Positions 8,094-16,973 of a stretch of 45,228 bases of DNA are shown here, piece after piece. Position numbers and translations under genes: made by a program. Under the pieces are notes generated by a model. That model saw only the letters and a list, made by a program, of their open reading frames with translations. It did not search any database and was not told the origin of the DNA. Source of the DNA: a virus (lineage: Duplodnaviria; Caudoviricetes); IMG/VR virus record IMGVR_UViG_3300043473_000123, positions 1 through 45,228 of that record, one strand, 5' to 3'. How positions within the stretch are numbered: position 1 is the stretch's first letter; every line of letters begins with the position of its first letter.

Positions 8094-9253
8094 TCACCCG
8101 GCGCGCCGTCATCGCCTCGGCGGCGGCGGCTGCGTTGATCCGGCCGCGCCCGCTCCGGGCGGTGACCACAGGAGTAACCCCGGTATTCATCCACTTTGGC
8201 GGCATGGGGTATTCCTTTGACAACCCCAGCCGGCAGAACGCGGTCCACCTGAGCCCGCCACAGTGGCAATTCCGCGCGCCGTTTTTCTGCGACGTGCTCG
8301 GCAATCACCGGCTGAGTTGTCTTGGGGTGCAGTCCGATATGGACATCGAGATCCAGGCGGCGGCCAATGCCGGGATCCAGGCGTTTATGTTTCTCGGCGC
8401 GCCGAAGGCACGCCAGCCTGGGGTCTATAAAGCCTGGGATTACTATAATGCTTCGCCGTATAAATCGTCGTTAAAATGGGCCGGCTATGTCGGGCCGGAG
8501 GATTTTGGCTTCAACCCGTGGTCGAACACGGCCGAGTGGCAGGCCAACTGCAACTATTACGTCAACACCCACTTCAACACGCCGAACTATCTGAAGCTTG
8601 GCGGGCGACCGGTGCTGTTTGTCAGTTGGCATCAGGATACGTTGGCGACCCATTTCGCCGGATCGACAGCGAACTGTATCACTAGTTTCAATTATCTGCG
8701 ATCGCAGGCAGTCGCGGCTGGTGTCGGCAATCCGTATATCGTCGCGATGGGCGACCCATACGGCAGCAACCCAACGTCGCACGAGGCTAAGCCTTGGGTG
8801 ACGGGTGATGCGATCTCTAATTATGTGCCGAACACGGTGCCGACAGCCCTGCCGAACACCGCGGCCGATCTCGATGTTAAGATGCAGGCGTGGTGGGCGG
8901 CGCAGGTGGCGCTCGGCGACAAATATGTTCCCAATGCGCTGATGGGCTGGGATGTGCGGCCGTTGCAGCAACTGCCACAATTCAATTCTCCCCGTATCCC
9001 GTGGAACGGGACTGATCAGTATTTCATCCGCGGCACCAATGCCGAAATTGCTGCCAATCTGCAGCATTGCATCGATTTTATCGGCGCCAACCAGCCAGCT
9101 TGCGACAGTAAAATCATGCTGGTCTACGCCTGGAACGAGTGCAGCGAGGGCGGTACGGCCGGCATCCCGACATTGGGTGACCCGCCGACCGGCAGCCCGC
9201 CGACGACCAACTTGCTCTCGGCGATCAAGCCGGTGCTGACGGCAGCCGCATGA
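8090..9253 (+). CDS. Tat-signal glycoside hydrolase (GH71/GH99-like TIM barrel)
   Basis: MITRRAVIASAAAAALI twin-Arg signal; EIQAAANAGIQAF, PNYLKLGGRPVLFV, GWDVRP, YAWNECSEGG. Confidence 0.75.
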   Translation: MITRRAVIASAAAAALIRPRPLRAVTTGVTPVFIHFGGMGYSFDNPSRQNAVHLSPPQWQFRAPFFCDVLGNHRLSCLGVQSDMDIEIQAAANAGIQAFMFLGAPKARQPGVYKAWDYYNASPYKSSLKWAGYVGPEDFGFNPWSNTAEWQANCNYYVNTHFNTPNYLKLGGRPVLFVSWHQDTLATHFAGSTANCITSFNYLRSQAVAAGVGNPYIVAMGDPYGSNPTSHEAKPWVTGDAISNYVPNTVPTALPNTAADLDVKMQAWWAAQVALGDKYVPNALMGWDVRPLQQLPQFNSPRIPWNGTDQYFIRGTNAEIAANLQHCIDFIGANQPACDSKIMLVYAWNECSEGGTAGIPTLGDPPTGSPPTTNLLSAIKPVLTAAA

Positions 9254-10449
9254 GCGCGATGACCCGAGGTGCAGTGATGGGCCGCGCCGCTGTTTTTCTT
9301 ACCCTGCTGTTGTTGGCCGCATCGGCCCCAAGGGCGCTGTACGCGCAGCAGGTGCCGCACCCGGTCGGCGGGCCTGCCACATCAACGATGGACGAACTGG
9401 CTTCGTGGAACTCGCTTTACGGTAACGCGATCAAGCAAGGTCCGGCCTTTATCACCAACGATACGCCTTCGATCTCGATCGACGGGTCGCCATTGACGGC
9501 GCGGAACACGACGGCTTTTACCGCCAGCCAGATCCTCGACGCGGCTGTTCTTGTGCCTCCCGGGACTGGCGCGAAAAACTATGATGCCTTGCGCGGTATC
9601 ACGTTCGCCCCAGCGGCTACGACGATCAACCTCGTCAGTGGGGTCTCGGCGTATTTGGTGAGCGATGCGGCGACGGTCGGGGTCGGCGGGTTCCCGGCAG
9701 CGGTGGGGTTGTTCGCGGCCGGGGTGGCGCGTGGCAACGGCGCCAAAATCTGGGGCGTCAACACCCTCTTATCTGACACGATGACCGGCGCGGTCAGCGC
9801 CGGCACCGGTAAGGCGCTCAACAACGAGTTCGATTTTAACGTCTCCTCGCCGAATACGACGATCCTCGCCCTTCAGCTTGCTGGCAGCTCGATAGCGCAG
9901 CCATCTGCGGCTTATGGGGTGGTATTGCAACCGCTCGACAGTGGTTATCCTACCGCCGGCACCATCAAGTGGAGTGCCTTCCTTCAGGCCAATCCAGGCG
10001 CAACCAACATCTTTGCTGGGATTGGCCCGAAACAGGTGACCGGAGCAAGTATCGCATCGCAAGATATTATTATGGGGTTTTACGATACTGGTAGTGCTTA
10101 CGGCAATATCGTGTTGAATGGAAGTAGCGCCGGGGGGCTGCAGGTATTCTCGGCCAATTCTTTAGCGCGGGCGGTAACGATTACCGGCGGCGCGGGCCGG
10201 TTTGCCGTGGAAGACGGCGGCGGGTTTACGATCAACAGCAGAATCGTGATGCAAGGGACCGGCGCCAATTTCGGGGTCGGGGCGAATACCGGCTACACCA
10301 CCCAGACTTACGGCAACGCCACGGCGACAACTGCAATCCTCGGCTCGATTATCAGTCTGAATACGTTGCCGACCGTGGCCGGCGGCGGCGGCCTGACCGT
10401 CTGCATAGATGCCAGCGGGGTTTTGTACAAAAAGGCGGCGTGCCCGTGA
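9250..10449 (+). CDS. Signal-peptide fibre/spike-like protein (start may be 9277)
   Basis: MGRAAVFLTLLLLAASAPRALYA|QQ; Gly/Ala/Thr-rich; C-terminal TVCIDASGVLYKKAACP. Confidence 0.6.
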   Translation: MSAMTRGAVMGRAAVFLTLLLLAASAPRALYAQQVPHPVGGPATSTMDELASWNSLYGNAIKQGPAFITNDTPSISIDGSPLTARNTTAFTASQILDAAVLVPPGTGAKNYDALRGITFAPAATTINLVSGVSAYLVSDAATVGVGGFPAAVGLFAAGVARGNGAKIWGVNTLLSDTMTGAVSAGTGKALNNEFDFNVSSPNTTILALQLAGSSIAQPSAAYGVVLQPLDSGYPTAGTIKWSAFLQANPGATNIFAGIGPKQVTGASIASQDIIMGFYDTGSAYGNIVLNGSSAGGLQVFSANSLARAVTITGGAGRFAVEDGGGFTINSRIVMQGTGANFGVGANTGYTTQTYGNATATTAILGSIISLNTLPTVAGGGGLTVCIDASGVLYKKAACP

Positions 10450-10682
10450 GGCTGCTGATCCTGTTGCTGATCCTGCTTGCCGGCCCGGCATTGGCGCAGC
10501 AACCCTCGCCGGAACCCCGGGAGCCGGCGGCGATGCGGGGTGTCGTGCTGGCATTGCAGCAGATGGCGGTCTCGACCGAGCAGTATATATCAGACGTTAC
10601 CCGGCGTTTGGCCGAGAAGGATGCTCAGATTAACGAGCTGACCCAGAAATGCGGCGAGAATTGTAAAACCGGAGGCAAGTGA
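10446..10682 (+). CDS. Small signal-peptide coiled-coil protein (possible fibre chaperone)
   Basis: MRLLILLLILLAGPALA|QQ; RLAEKDAQINELTQKCGENC. Confidence 0.6.
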   Translation: MRLLILLLILLAGPALAQQPSPEPREPAAMRGVVLALQQMAVSTEQYISDVTRRLAEKDAQINELTQKCGENCKTGGK

Positions 10683-10686
10683 TGTT

Positions 10687-11982
10687 ATGACCAGCGGCCA
10701 GATCCAACTGCCGAGAAAACTGGTCGAGGTGTTTAGCGGTGAGGCTCTTTATCGTGGTGCTTACGGCGGAAGAGGAAGTGCCAAATCCCGTAGTTTCGCC
10801 AAGATGGCTGCTGTTTATGGTCTTAGGGCTGCTCAGGCCAAGCAATCGGGGGTTATTGTTTGTGGCAGAGAATTTCAAAACTCGCTTGATGAAAGCAGTA
10901 TGGCGGAGGTTAAACAAGCCATCGAAAGCGAGCCATGGTTGGCTAAGAACTACGAAATCGGTGAGAAATACATTAGAACCAAAGATGGGCGCATTGACTT
11001 TACATTCGTGGGCCTACGGCGAAATATCGAGTCAGTCAAGTCTACTGCACGCATACGCCTTCTATGGGTGGACGAGGCGGAGCCCGTCAGTGAGGTTGCT
11101 TGGCAAAAGGCTATCCCGACAGTTCGCGAGGAGGGTGCGGAAATCTGGATTACCTGGAACCCGGAACGACGCGCGTCGGCGACTAATCAACGATTTAGGA
11201 TTAACCCGCCGCTCGATTCCAAAATTGTAGAGGTAAACTACAAAGACAATCCTTGGTTTCCGAGCGTTCTGGAGCAGATCCGCAAAGAAGATGAGCGGGT
11301 AAGACCGGAGCAATACGCCCATGTTTGGCTCGGCGATTATGCCACGGCGCATGTCGGGGCTTACTTCGCAAGGCATTTGAACGAGGCGCAGGAAGAGGGT
11401 CGGATTTCCAAGGTTATGCGCGATCCTCTCCTTCCGATAAGAGTGTATTGCGATCTTGGAGGAACGGGAGCAAAGAGCGATGCTTTTGCCGCCTGGGTTT
11501 GCCAGTTCGTCAGCCGCGAAGTACGAATCCTGGACTATTACGAGGCTATCGGAGAGCCACTGGCGGTACATATTCAATGGCTACGAGACGGCGGCTGGGG
11601 GAAGGCAGATATCTACCTTCCGCATGATGGTGCAACCCACGATCGGGTCTTCGACGTTTCTTTTGAAAGCTCGTTTCGGCAGGCCGGGTTCAAAGTAGAG
11701 GTGATCCCGAACCAGGGCCGCGGCGCCGCCAAGATGCGGATCGAGGCGGCGCGCAGATTGTTCCCGAGTGTGTGGTTCAACAAGGAGACCACTGAGGCCG
11801 GCCGGGATGCTTTGGGGTGGTATCACGAAAAGAAGAGCGAAGACGTGCGGGATGTCGGGCTGGGGCCGGAGCATGATTGGTCAAGCCATGGCGCCGACGC
11901 CTTTGGTCTTTTAGCGGTCGGTTACGAGACCCCGCAGGGGCGGCCGGTTAAGTTGAAGTACGAAAGATTGGGGATAGTGTGA
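10687..11982 (+). CDS. terL: Terminase large subunit (PBSX/Terminase_3-like)
   Basis: Walker A GGRGSAKS, Walker B LLWVDEAE, TWNP, nuclease motifs DLG and HDWSSHGADAF. Confidence 0.95.
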   Translation: MTSGQIQLPRKLVEVFSGEALYRGAYGGRGSAKSRSFAKMAAVYGLRAAQAKQSGVIVCGREFQNSLDESSMAEVKQAIESEPWLAKNYEIGEKYIRTKDGRIDFTFVGLRRNIESVKSTARIRLLWVDEAEPVSEVAWQKAIPTVREEGAEIWITWNPERRASATNQRFRINPPLDSKIVEVNYKDNPWFPSVLEQIRKEDERVRPEQYAHVWLGDYATAHVGAYFARHLNEAQEEGRISKVMRDPLLPIRVYCDLGGTGAKSDAFAAWVCQFVSREVRILDYYEAIGEPLAVHIQWLRDGGWGKADIYLPHDGATHDRVFDVSFESSFRQAGFKVEVIPNQGRGAAKMRIEAARRLFPSVWFNKETTEAGRDALGWYHEKKSEDVRDVGLGPEHDWSSHGADAFGLLAVGYETPQGRPVKLKYERLGIV

Positions 11983-11983
11983 T

Positions 11984-12181
11984 ATGAGCGCCAGTGATAC
12001 GGCCTTGATGCATAGCCTGATCGAGCGCGTGGAAAAGCTCGAAAGCCAGGTCAAGGAGTTGATGGAAGCTCGTCAGGGCAGGGAATTGCAGCCGGAATTG
12101 TATGGCGAGCAGCCGGACCATACGGCCGAGCGGGAAGCGCGGCGGGGACCGGGAAGGCCGCCGGGATTGACGAGGACATAG
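11984..12181 (+). CDS. Hypothetical protein with AT-hook-like RRGPGRP
   Basis: ORF with RBS directly after terL. Confidence 0.55.
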   Translation: MSASDTALMHSLIERVEKLESQVKELMEARQGRELQPELYGEQPDHTAEREARRGPGRPPGLTRT

Positions 12182-12183
12182 GA

Positions 12184-12372
12184 GTGCCTCTCAGGGACGA
12201 AGCGGTGACATTGGCTCTGGTTGATCTGGCACTGGCCCTGGCTGTCGAGGCGGCGGAGGTATGCGCCTGGTTTGCCGCGGATTTTGAGCCGATCGCGGCG
12301 TTGCGGGCGGCCGGGGAGGCATTTGGCGAAGCGTATGGGCCCTGGTACGAGTTTGGCGAGGCTCCCGAATGA
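12184..12372 (+). CDS. Hypothetical protein
   Basis: Overlaps the portal start (ATGA). Confidence 0.45.
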   Translation: MPLRDEAVTLALVDLALALAVEAAEVCAWFAADFEPIAALRAAGEAFGEAYGPWYEFGEAPE

Positions 12373-14987
12373 GCGACGGTTACACGTTCCGCGGCTCGGC
12401 CTTCTCCGGCGACGATATCCCGGGGGTGCGTACCACCCGTGGTTATCGCGAGAAAGAGAGGGAGCAGATCATCCAGGGGTTGCAGCTCGACGACCTCGAC
12501 GAGGAACGGATCAAAGGCATCATCCAGGGTGAGTTGGAGCAGGCGCTGGGGCAGGATGGCGGTTCACTCTCGAATGACCGCCTGGAGGCCTTGCGTTACT
12601 ACAATGGCGAGCCGTTTGGTAACGAGGTGGCCGACCGCAGCCAAGTGGTCATGCGCACCGTTCTGGAGGCGGTAGAATGGGTTCTACCGGCGTTGATCCG
12701 CATCTTTACCGCCAGCGATAAACTATGCGTCGTCGAACCGCCGCGCCCGGGCATGGAGGATCAGGCCCGTCAAGCCACGGATTATTTGAACTTCATCGCG
12801 ATGAGCGATAACCCTGGCTTTATGATCCTCAGAGACTGGTTTCACGACGCGCTCCTGGAGCGCCTGGGCTGGGTCAAGTACTATTGGGATACGCAAAAGA
12901 CTACCGAAACTCAGTCCTATACCGGTCTGACAAAGGAGCAATACGAAGCCCTTCTCGGCGACGACGAGGACGTTGAGGTCATCAAGCTCGAAACCTATAA
13001 ACAGGACACTGACGAGTTCAATCTGGATCGGCCTTTTGTGCCTCCAGGACTGCCTCCCATGCCTGTCCCACCGCCGTTACCGCCGTTACCAGGGGGTCCG
13101 ATGGGTTCGGGTCCAGGTCCGGGTAGCGCCGGTCCAGGATTTCCTCCAGCGATTCCAACGCCCACTCCAGGGCCTGCAGGGACTCCTGGAGGTATGCCGG
13201 TCGCTCCGGCGCCGGGGCTTCCTCCAGTGCCCGGAATGCCCGCGGCGGGGATGGGGCCGCTTGGGCCACCGCCGCCGCCCTTGCCAGGGCCGCCGCCGCC
13301 TGTTGGGTTGCCTGGTCCTGGGTTTCCGCCACTACCGCCTCCTGAGATCGAATTATACGATTGCACGCTCAGGATAACCCGCGAGCACGGGGTTGTGCGC
13401 ATTCTCAATGTGCCGCCCGAGGAAGTGCTTTTTAGCAAAAGAGCCAAGCGCGGCGACATCCCGTTCTTGGCGCATCGCCGCTCCTGGACCTATAGCGATC
13501 TGATCCAACAGGGCTATGACGAGGAATGCCTTGATCTGGTGCCAATGGACGATAGCAGCGAATCCAATATGGAGCGGACGGAAAGACACCGCGATTCGAT
13601 CGAGTGGCCGGGCGAGGATCGCCGCGATAGTGCTCGCAACATCTGGGTCGAGGAGAATTACTGCCGCTTCAGCATCGATGCCGACACGCCCTCGACCGAG
13701 CTTTACCGGGTGATGACCGCCGGCAACGGTAATGTCATCCTGACCAAGAAGAACAAGCCGGTGGTCGAGTGCGTCGACGAGATCCCGTTTGTCAGTATCT
13801 GTCCGGTGCCGGCAAGCCACAAGCTGGTTGGGCTTAGCCTCGCCGATCTGACAAAAGATATTCAGTTGATCAAAAGCACCTTGATGCGGCAAATGATCGA
13901 CAATGCTTTTCTTAGTAATTGGCCAAGAATTGAAGTAGCCGACGACAGTGTAAACGAAAATTCATATGATGATTTACTTACATTACGTCCGGGTGGAATC
14001 GTAAGAACTAGGCGTCTCGGCGGTATTCAGCCGATGATGATCCCGTTCACTGCCGACAAGACTTTTCCGTTGGTGCAATACCTGGACGAGACCGCGCAGC
14101 TCAGAACCGGGGTATCTAGCCAGGGCCAGATGGTTAGCCCGGATGCATTGAACAACACCGCGGCAGCATCGGTAGCGATGCTGCAGCAGGCAGCGGCGCA
14201 GCGGGTCGAGCTGTTCGCCCGGATCTTCGCGCACGGGGTAGAAGAGCTGATGCGCGGGGTGATGCGGCTGGTCAGGAAGAACCAGCAGCAGGAGCGCATG
14301 ATCCGGGTGACCGGCGGCTGGTTGAATGTCGACCCCAGAGAGTGGCGGCAGGAGATGCCGATCTCGGTGTCGGTAGGATTGGGCACCGGCAACCGTGACC
14401 AGATCCTGCAGCACCTGCTGCAGATTATCCAACTCCAGGGCACCATCGTACAACAGCAGCAAGGCGTGCACGGCCCGCTGGTTTACAGCCAGAATGTCTA
14501 CGATGCCTTAAAGGCACTGCAAGAAAACGCCGGGTTCAAATCGAGCTTCTTTGCCGATCCGAGGCAGGGACCGCCGCCGGGCAGCCCGCCGCCACCACCG
14601 CCGCAGCCCGACCCGAAAGCGGCTGCCGAGGCGGCGAAGATCCAAGCACAGATGCAAACCGAGCAAATGCAGGCGCAGGCCAATGTGCAGGCGATCGGCG
14701 TGAAGGCGCAGGCCGAGCAGCAATTGATGATGGAGAAGGCGCAGGCCGACGCGGCGATCCAGCAGCAGAAGCTGGAGCATGAAAAGGCGATGGGTCTCCT
14801 CAAGGTGCAGCACGAGACCGAGTTGGAGCGCCAGAAGGCGGAGAATGCCTTAGCCGTGGGCATGGCCAAGGTGAAGATCGCCGGCGAAGCCAAGCAGCGC
14901 GAGATCGAGCTGAAATACGCCGCCGGGGCTTACGACCAGCGCCCGGCCGGGCCGCCTAACGGGTCATTCGGCGGGGCGGCCGAGTAA
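12369..14987 (+). CDS. Portal protein (P22-like, long C-terminal barrel) with Pro/Gly-rich insert
   Basis: DRLEALRYYNGEPFGNE..RSQVV, DWFHDALL..GWVKYYW, GLSLAD..KDIQLIKSTLMRQMIDN, VSVGLGTG. Confidence 0.9.
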   Translation: MSDGYTFRGSAFSGDDIPGVRTTRGYREKEREQIIQGLQLDDLDEERIKGIIQGELEQALGQDGGSLSNDRLEALRYYNGEPFGNEVADRSQVVMRTVLEAVEWVLPALIRIFTASDKLCVVEPPRPGMEDQARQATDYLNFIAMSDNPGFMILRDWFHDALLERLGWVKYYWDTQKTTETQSYTGLTKEQYEALLGDDEDVEVIKLETYKQDTDEFNLDRPFVPPGLPPMPVPPPLPPLPGGPMGSGPGPGSAGPGFPPAIPTPTPGPAGTPGGMPVAPAPGLPPVPGMPAAGMGPLGPPPPPLPGPPPPVGLPGPGFPPLPPPEIELYDCTLRITREHGVVRILNVPPEEVLFSKRAKRGDIPFLAHRRSWTYSDLIQQGYDEECLDLVPMDDSSESNMERTERHRDSIEWPGEDRRDSARNIWVEENYCRFSIDADTPSTELYRVMTAGNGNVILTKKNKPVVECVDEIPFVSICPVPASHKLVGLSLADLTKDIQLIKSTLMRQMIDNAFLSNWPRIEVADDSVNENSYDDLLTLRPGGIVRTRRLGGIQPMMIPFTADKTFPLVQYLDETAQLRTGVSSQGQMVSPDALNNTAAASVAMLQQAAAQRVELFARIFAHGVEELMRGVMRLVRKNQQQERMIRVTGGWLNVDPREWRQEMPISVSVGLGTGNRDQILQHLLQIIQLQGTIVQQQQGVHGPLVYSQNVYDALKALQENAGFKSSFFADPRQGPPPGSPPPPPPQPDPKAAAEAAKIQAQMQTEQMQAQANVQAIGVKAQAEQQLMMEKAQADAAIQQQKLEHEKAMGLLKVQHETELERQKAENALAVGMAKVKIAGEAKQREIELKYAAGAYDQRPAGPPNGSFGGAAE

Positions 14988-14992
14988 GGCTG

Positions 14993-16288
14993 ATGGCGGC
15001 GCTTGATTGGCTGCAAAGCCTGCTCGGTGGCGGCCAACACGGTGATCCGAGCACGCCGGCAATGCCGGCGCAGCCGTTGCCGGACGATGCCCTGGTCCGG
15101 CTCCGTGACATGTTGGGGCAGGGCGCCGCCTCGTCGCTCACTGCCGGCGGCGGCGATGTGCAGCCTGGCCTCAACATGCTGGGGCGCGCTGTTGTGGCGC
15201 CGGCATTGGCGGGTGGCGCGGCGCTGGAGGCGACGATGACCGGGCAGCCGGTGTCGGCGGCGGAGATGCTGCAGGCGGCGATGATGGGAATCACCCCGAC
15301 GCCGACGCGACTGCCGGGGGGCGTGCCGAGCGCCACCCCGACCACGATGGAGCGGCTGTGGGCTGACGAGAGCGGTGCGCTCAAGCTGGGCGGCGGGCCG
15401 ATCCGCGCTTTCCACGCCAGCCCTTATGATTTTGAAAAGTTCGACTTGGGCAAGGTCGGCACCGGGCAAGGTGCGCAGTCTTATGGGCACGGCATCTATG
15501 CCGCCGAAAGCCCAGCGGTGAGCGGCAAGGGCGGCCAATACGATCTTGAGTTTACCGCAAAAAACCTTGGCAAATACGATCTGAACCCGGGCGAATTGCA
15601 AATCCATCGGATGTTACGCGCCGACCGCAGTGACATGGATATCTTGGGCGAGTTGGCGAAGGGCGGCGGCTATACCTTTGATGAAGCGATGGCAGCGCTC
15701 GACCGCGTCAAGGCGGCTAAGGCCAAGATCTACGAAGTAGACATCCACGCCGACCCGCAATCGTTTTTGGATCTTGATAAATCGCTTGGAGGGCAACCGC
15801 CGCCGGTTCTGCAGGCGTTACAGGAAATCGGAACACCGCAATCTATGATGTCGTTGAATGCGGATGAAGCGATCAGGCGAGCAGGAGAAAATCCGCTCCG
15901 GGCGGCCGATCTTTTTAATCGAGGTGGCGCACCATTGGAGATGACGCCCGCTGATGTGTCGGCGAGATTACGCGAAGCCGGTATTCCCGGCAGCCGCTAC
16001 CTCGACCAGGGTTCGCGCGGGGCGGCGGTAGATCCGGCCGGCATTCAGCGCAATATCGAGATGATAGAAGGCTATCTACGTGATCCGCGAATGCACCCGA
16101 CGCATCATGCTGGTTGGCAAAAGCGGATTGAAGAATTGCAAGCTGAATTGATTAAGGCCAGACAGCCCGGCACCAGCAACTACGCCATCTTCGACCCCAG
16201 CATCATCGAGATCCTGCGCAAATACGGCATCCTGCCGCCGGTAGCGGCGGGCGGCCTCCTCGCAACGGGCTCCGAGCCGCCGACATGA
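14993..16288 (+). CDS. ADP-ribosyltransferase-like (ART-PolyVal-type) protein
   Basis: AFHASPYDFEKFD..GTGQGAQSYGHGIYAAE; LREAGIPGSRYLD; NYAIFDP. Confidence 0.65.
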   Translation: MAALDWLQSLLGGGQHGDPSTPAMPAQPLPDDALVRLRDMLGQGAASSLTAGGGDVQPGLNMLGRAVVAPALAGGAALEATMTGQPVSAAEMLQAAMMGITPTPTRLPGGVPSATPTTMERLWADESGALKLGGGPIRAFHASPYDFEKFDLGKVGTGQGAQSYGHGIYAAESPAVSGKGGQYDLEFTAKNLGKYDLNPGELQIHRMLRADRSDMDILGELAKGGGYTFDEAMAALDRVKAAKAKIYEVDIHADPQSFLDLDKSLGGQPPPVLQALQEIGTPQSMMSLNADEAIRRAGENPLRAADLFNRGGAPLEMTPADVSARLREAGIPGSRYLDQGSRGAAVDPAGIQRNIEMIEGYLRDPRMHPTHHAGWQKRIEELQAELIKARQPGTSNYAIFDPSIIEILRKYGILPPVAAGGLLATGSEPPT

Positions 16289-16467
16289 GCGTGGTTCCGT
16301 TCAAAAAGCCGCAGCCTAAGAAGCCGCGCATCCGGGTCTGCGACTGCCACAATGAGAGCTTCTGGGTGTACGAGGACGGGCGCATCCAGTGCATGCAGTG
16401 CGACCGGTTCGACGATGGCATACGGGGCGTTTGGTCGTTCGTCGTAGACCAGGATGAGCCCGCCTGA
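16285..16467 (+). CDS. Small zinc-ribbon protein
   Basis: CDC and CMQC motifs. Confidence 0.55.
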   Translation: MSVVPFKKPQPKKPRIRVCDCHNESFWVYEDGRIQCMQCDRFDDGIRGVWSFVVDQDEPA

Positions 16468-16772
16468 TGCTGAGCCGTTGGGCGCGGTTTCTGGCCAAGG
16501 TGGATATCCCGTGGCGGCCGAGCGCGCCGCCGCCGACCGACCGGCAGGAGTTGGGCGAAGAGGCCAGAAGGCTCCTCGACAATCCGGTCCTGCACGAGGC
16601 GATGGACCGGGTCGAGCGGAAGTTGGTCGACACTTGGCGCAACACCGCGCCTGGGGAAGACGAGCAGCGCGAAGCGGCCTACGCGATGTACTGGGCGATG
16701 CAGCAAATCCGCGGTGAATTGCGGATCATGATCGCCAATGCAGGCATGGCGATACGTCAGCGCGCCGAATGA
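16467..16772 (+). CDS. Head-module hypothetical protein
   Basis: GEEARRLLDNPVL...W...REAAY type typical between portal and scaffold. Confidence 0.65.
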   Translation: MLSRWARFLAKVDIPWRPSAPPPTDRQELGEEARRLLDNPVLHEAMDRVERKLVDTWRNTAPGEDEQREAAYAMYWAMQQIRGELRIMIANAGMAIRQRAE

Positions 16773-16954
16773 ACGTCGAGGGTCTGACCAACCGGCAGGT
16801 GTTGGTCCGCGCATTGCGCCGCCTGCTCGATGAGGTCGAGACCGGTCTGGTATCGGCCGAGGCGGTGGAGCGGGCCAAGGAAGCGCTGGGCGAGGTGGTC
16901 CGGAACAAAAAGCCCGAGAGCTTGGCGAAATTGAAGCCGAGCAAAAAAGTCTAA
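16769..16954 (+). CDS. Hypothetical protein
   Basis: ATGA-coupled ORF. Confidence 0.5.
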   Translation: MNVEGLTNRQVLVRALRRLLDEVETGLVSAEAVERAKEALGEVVRNKKPESLAKLKPSKKV

Positions 16955-16973
16955 CTCCCCACAAGGACAAAAC

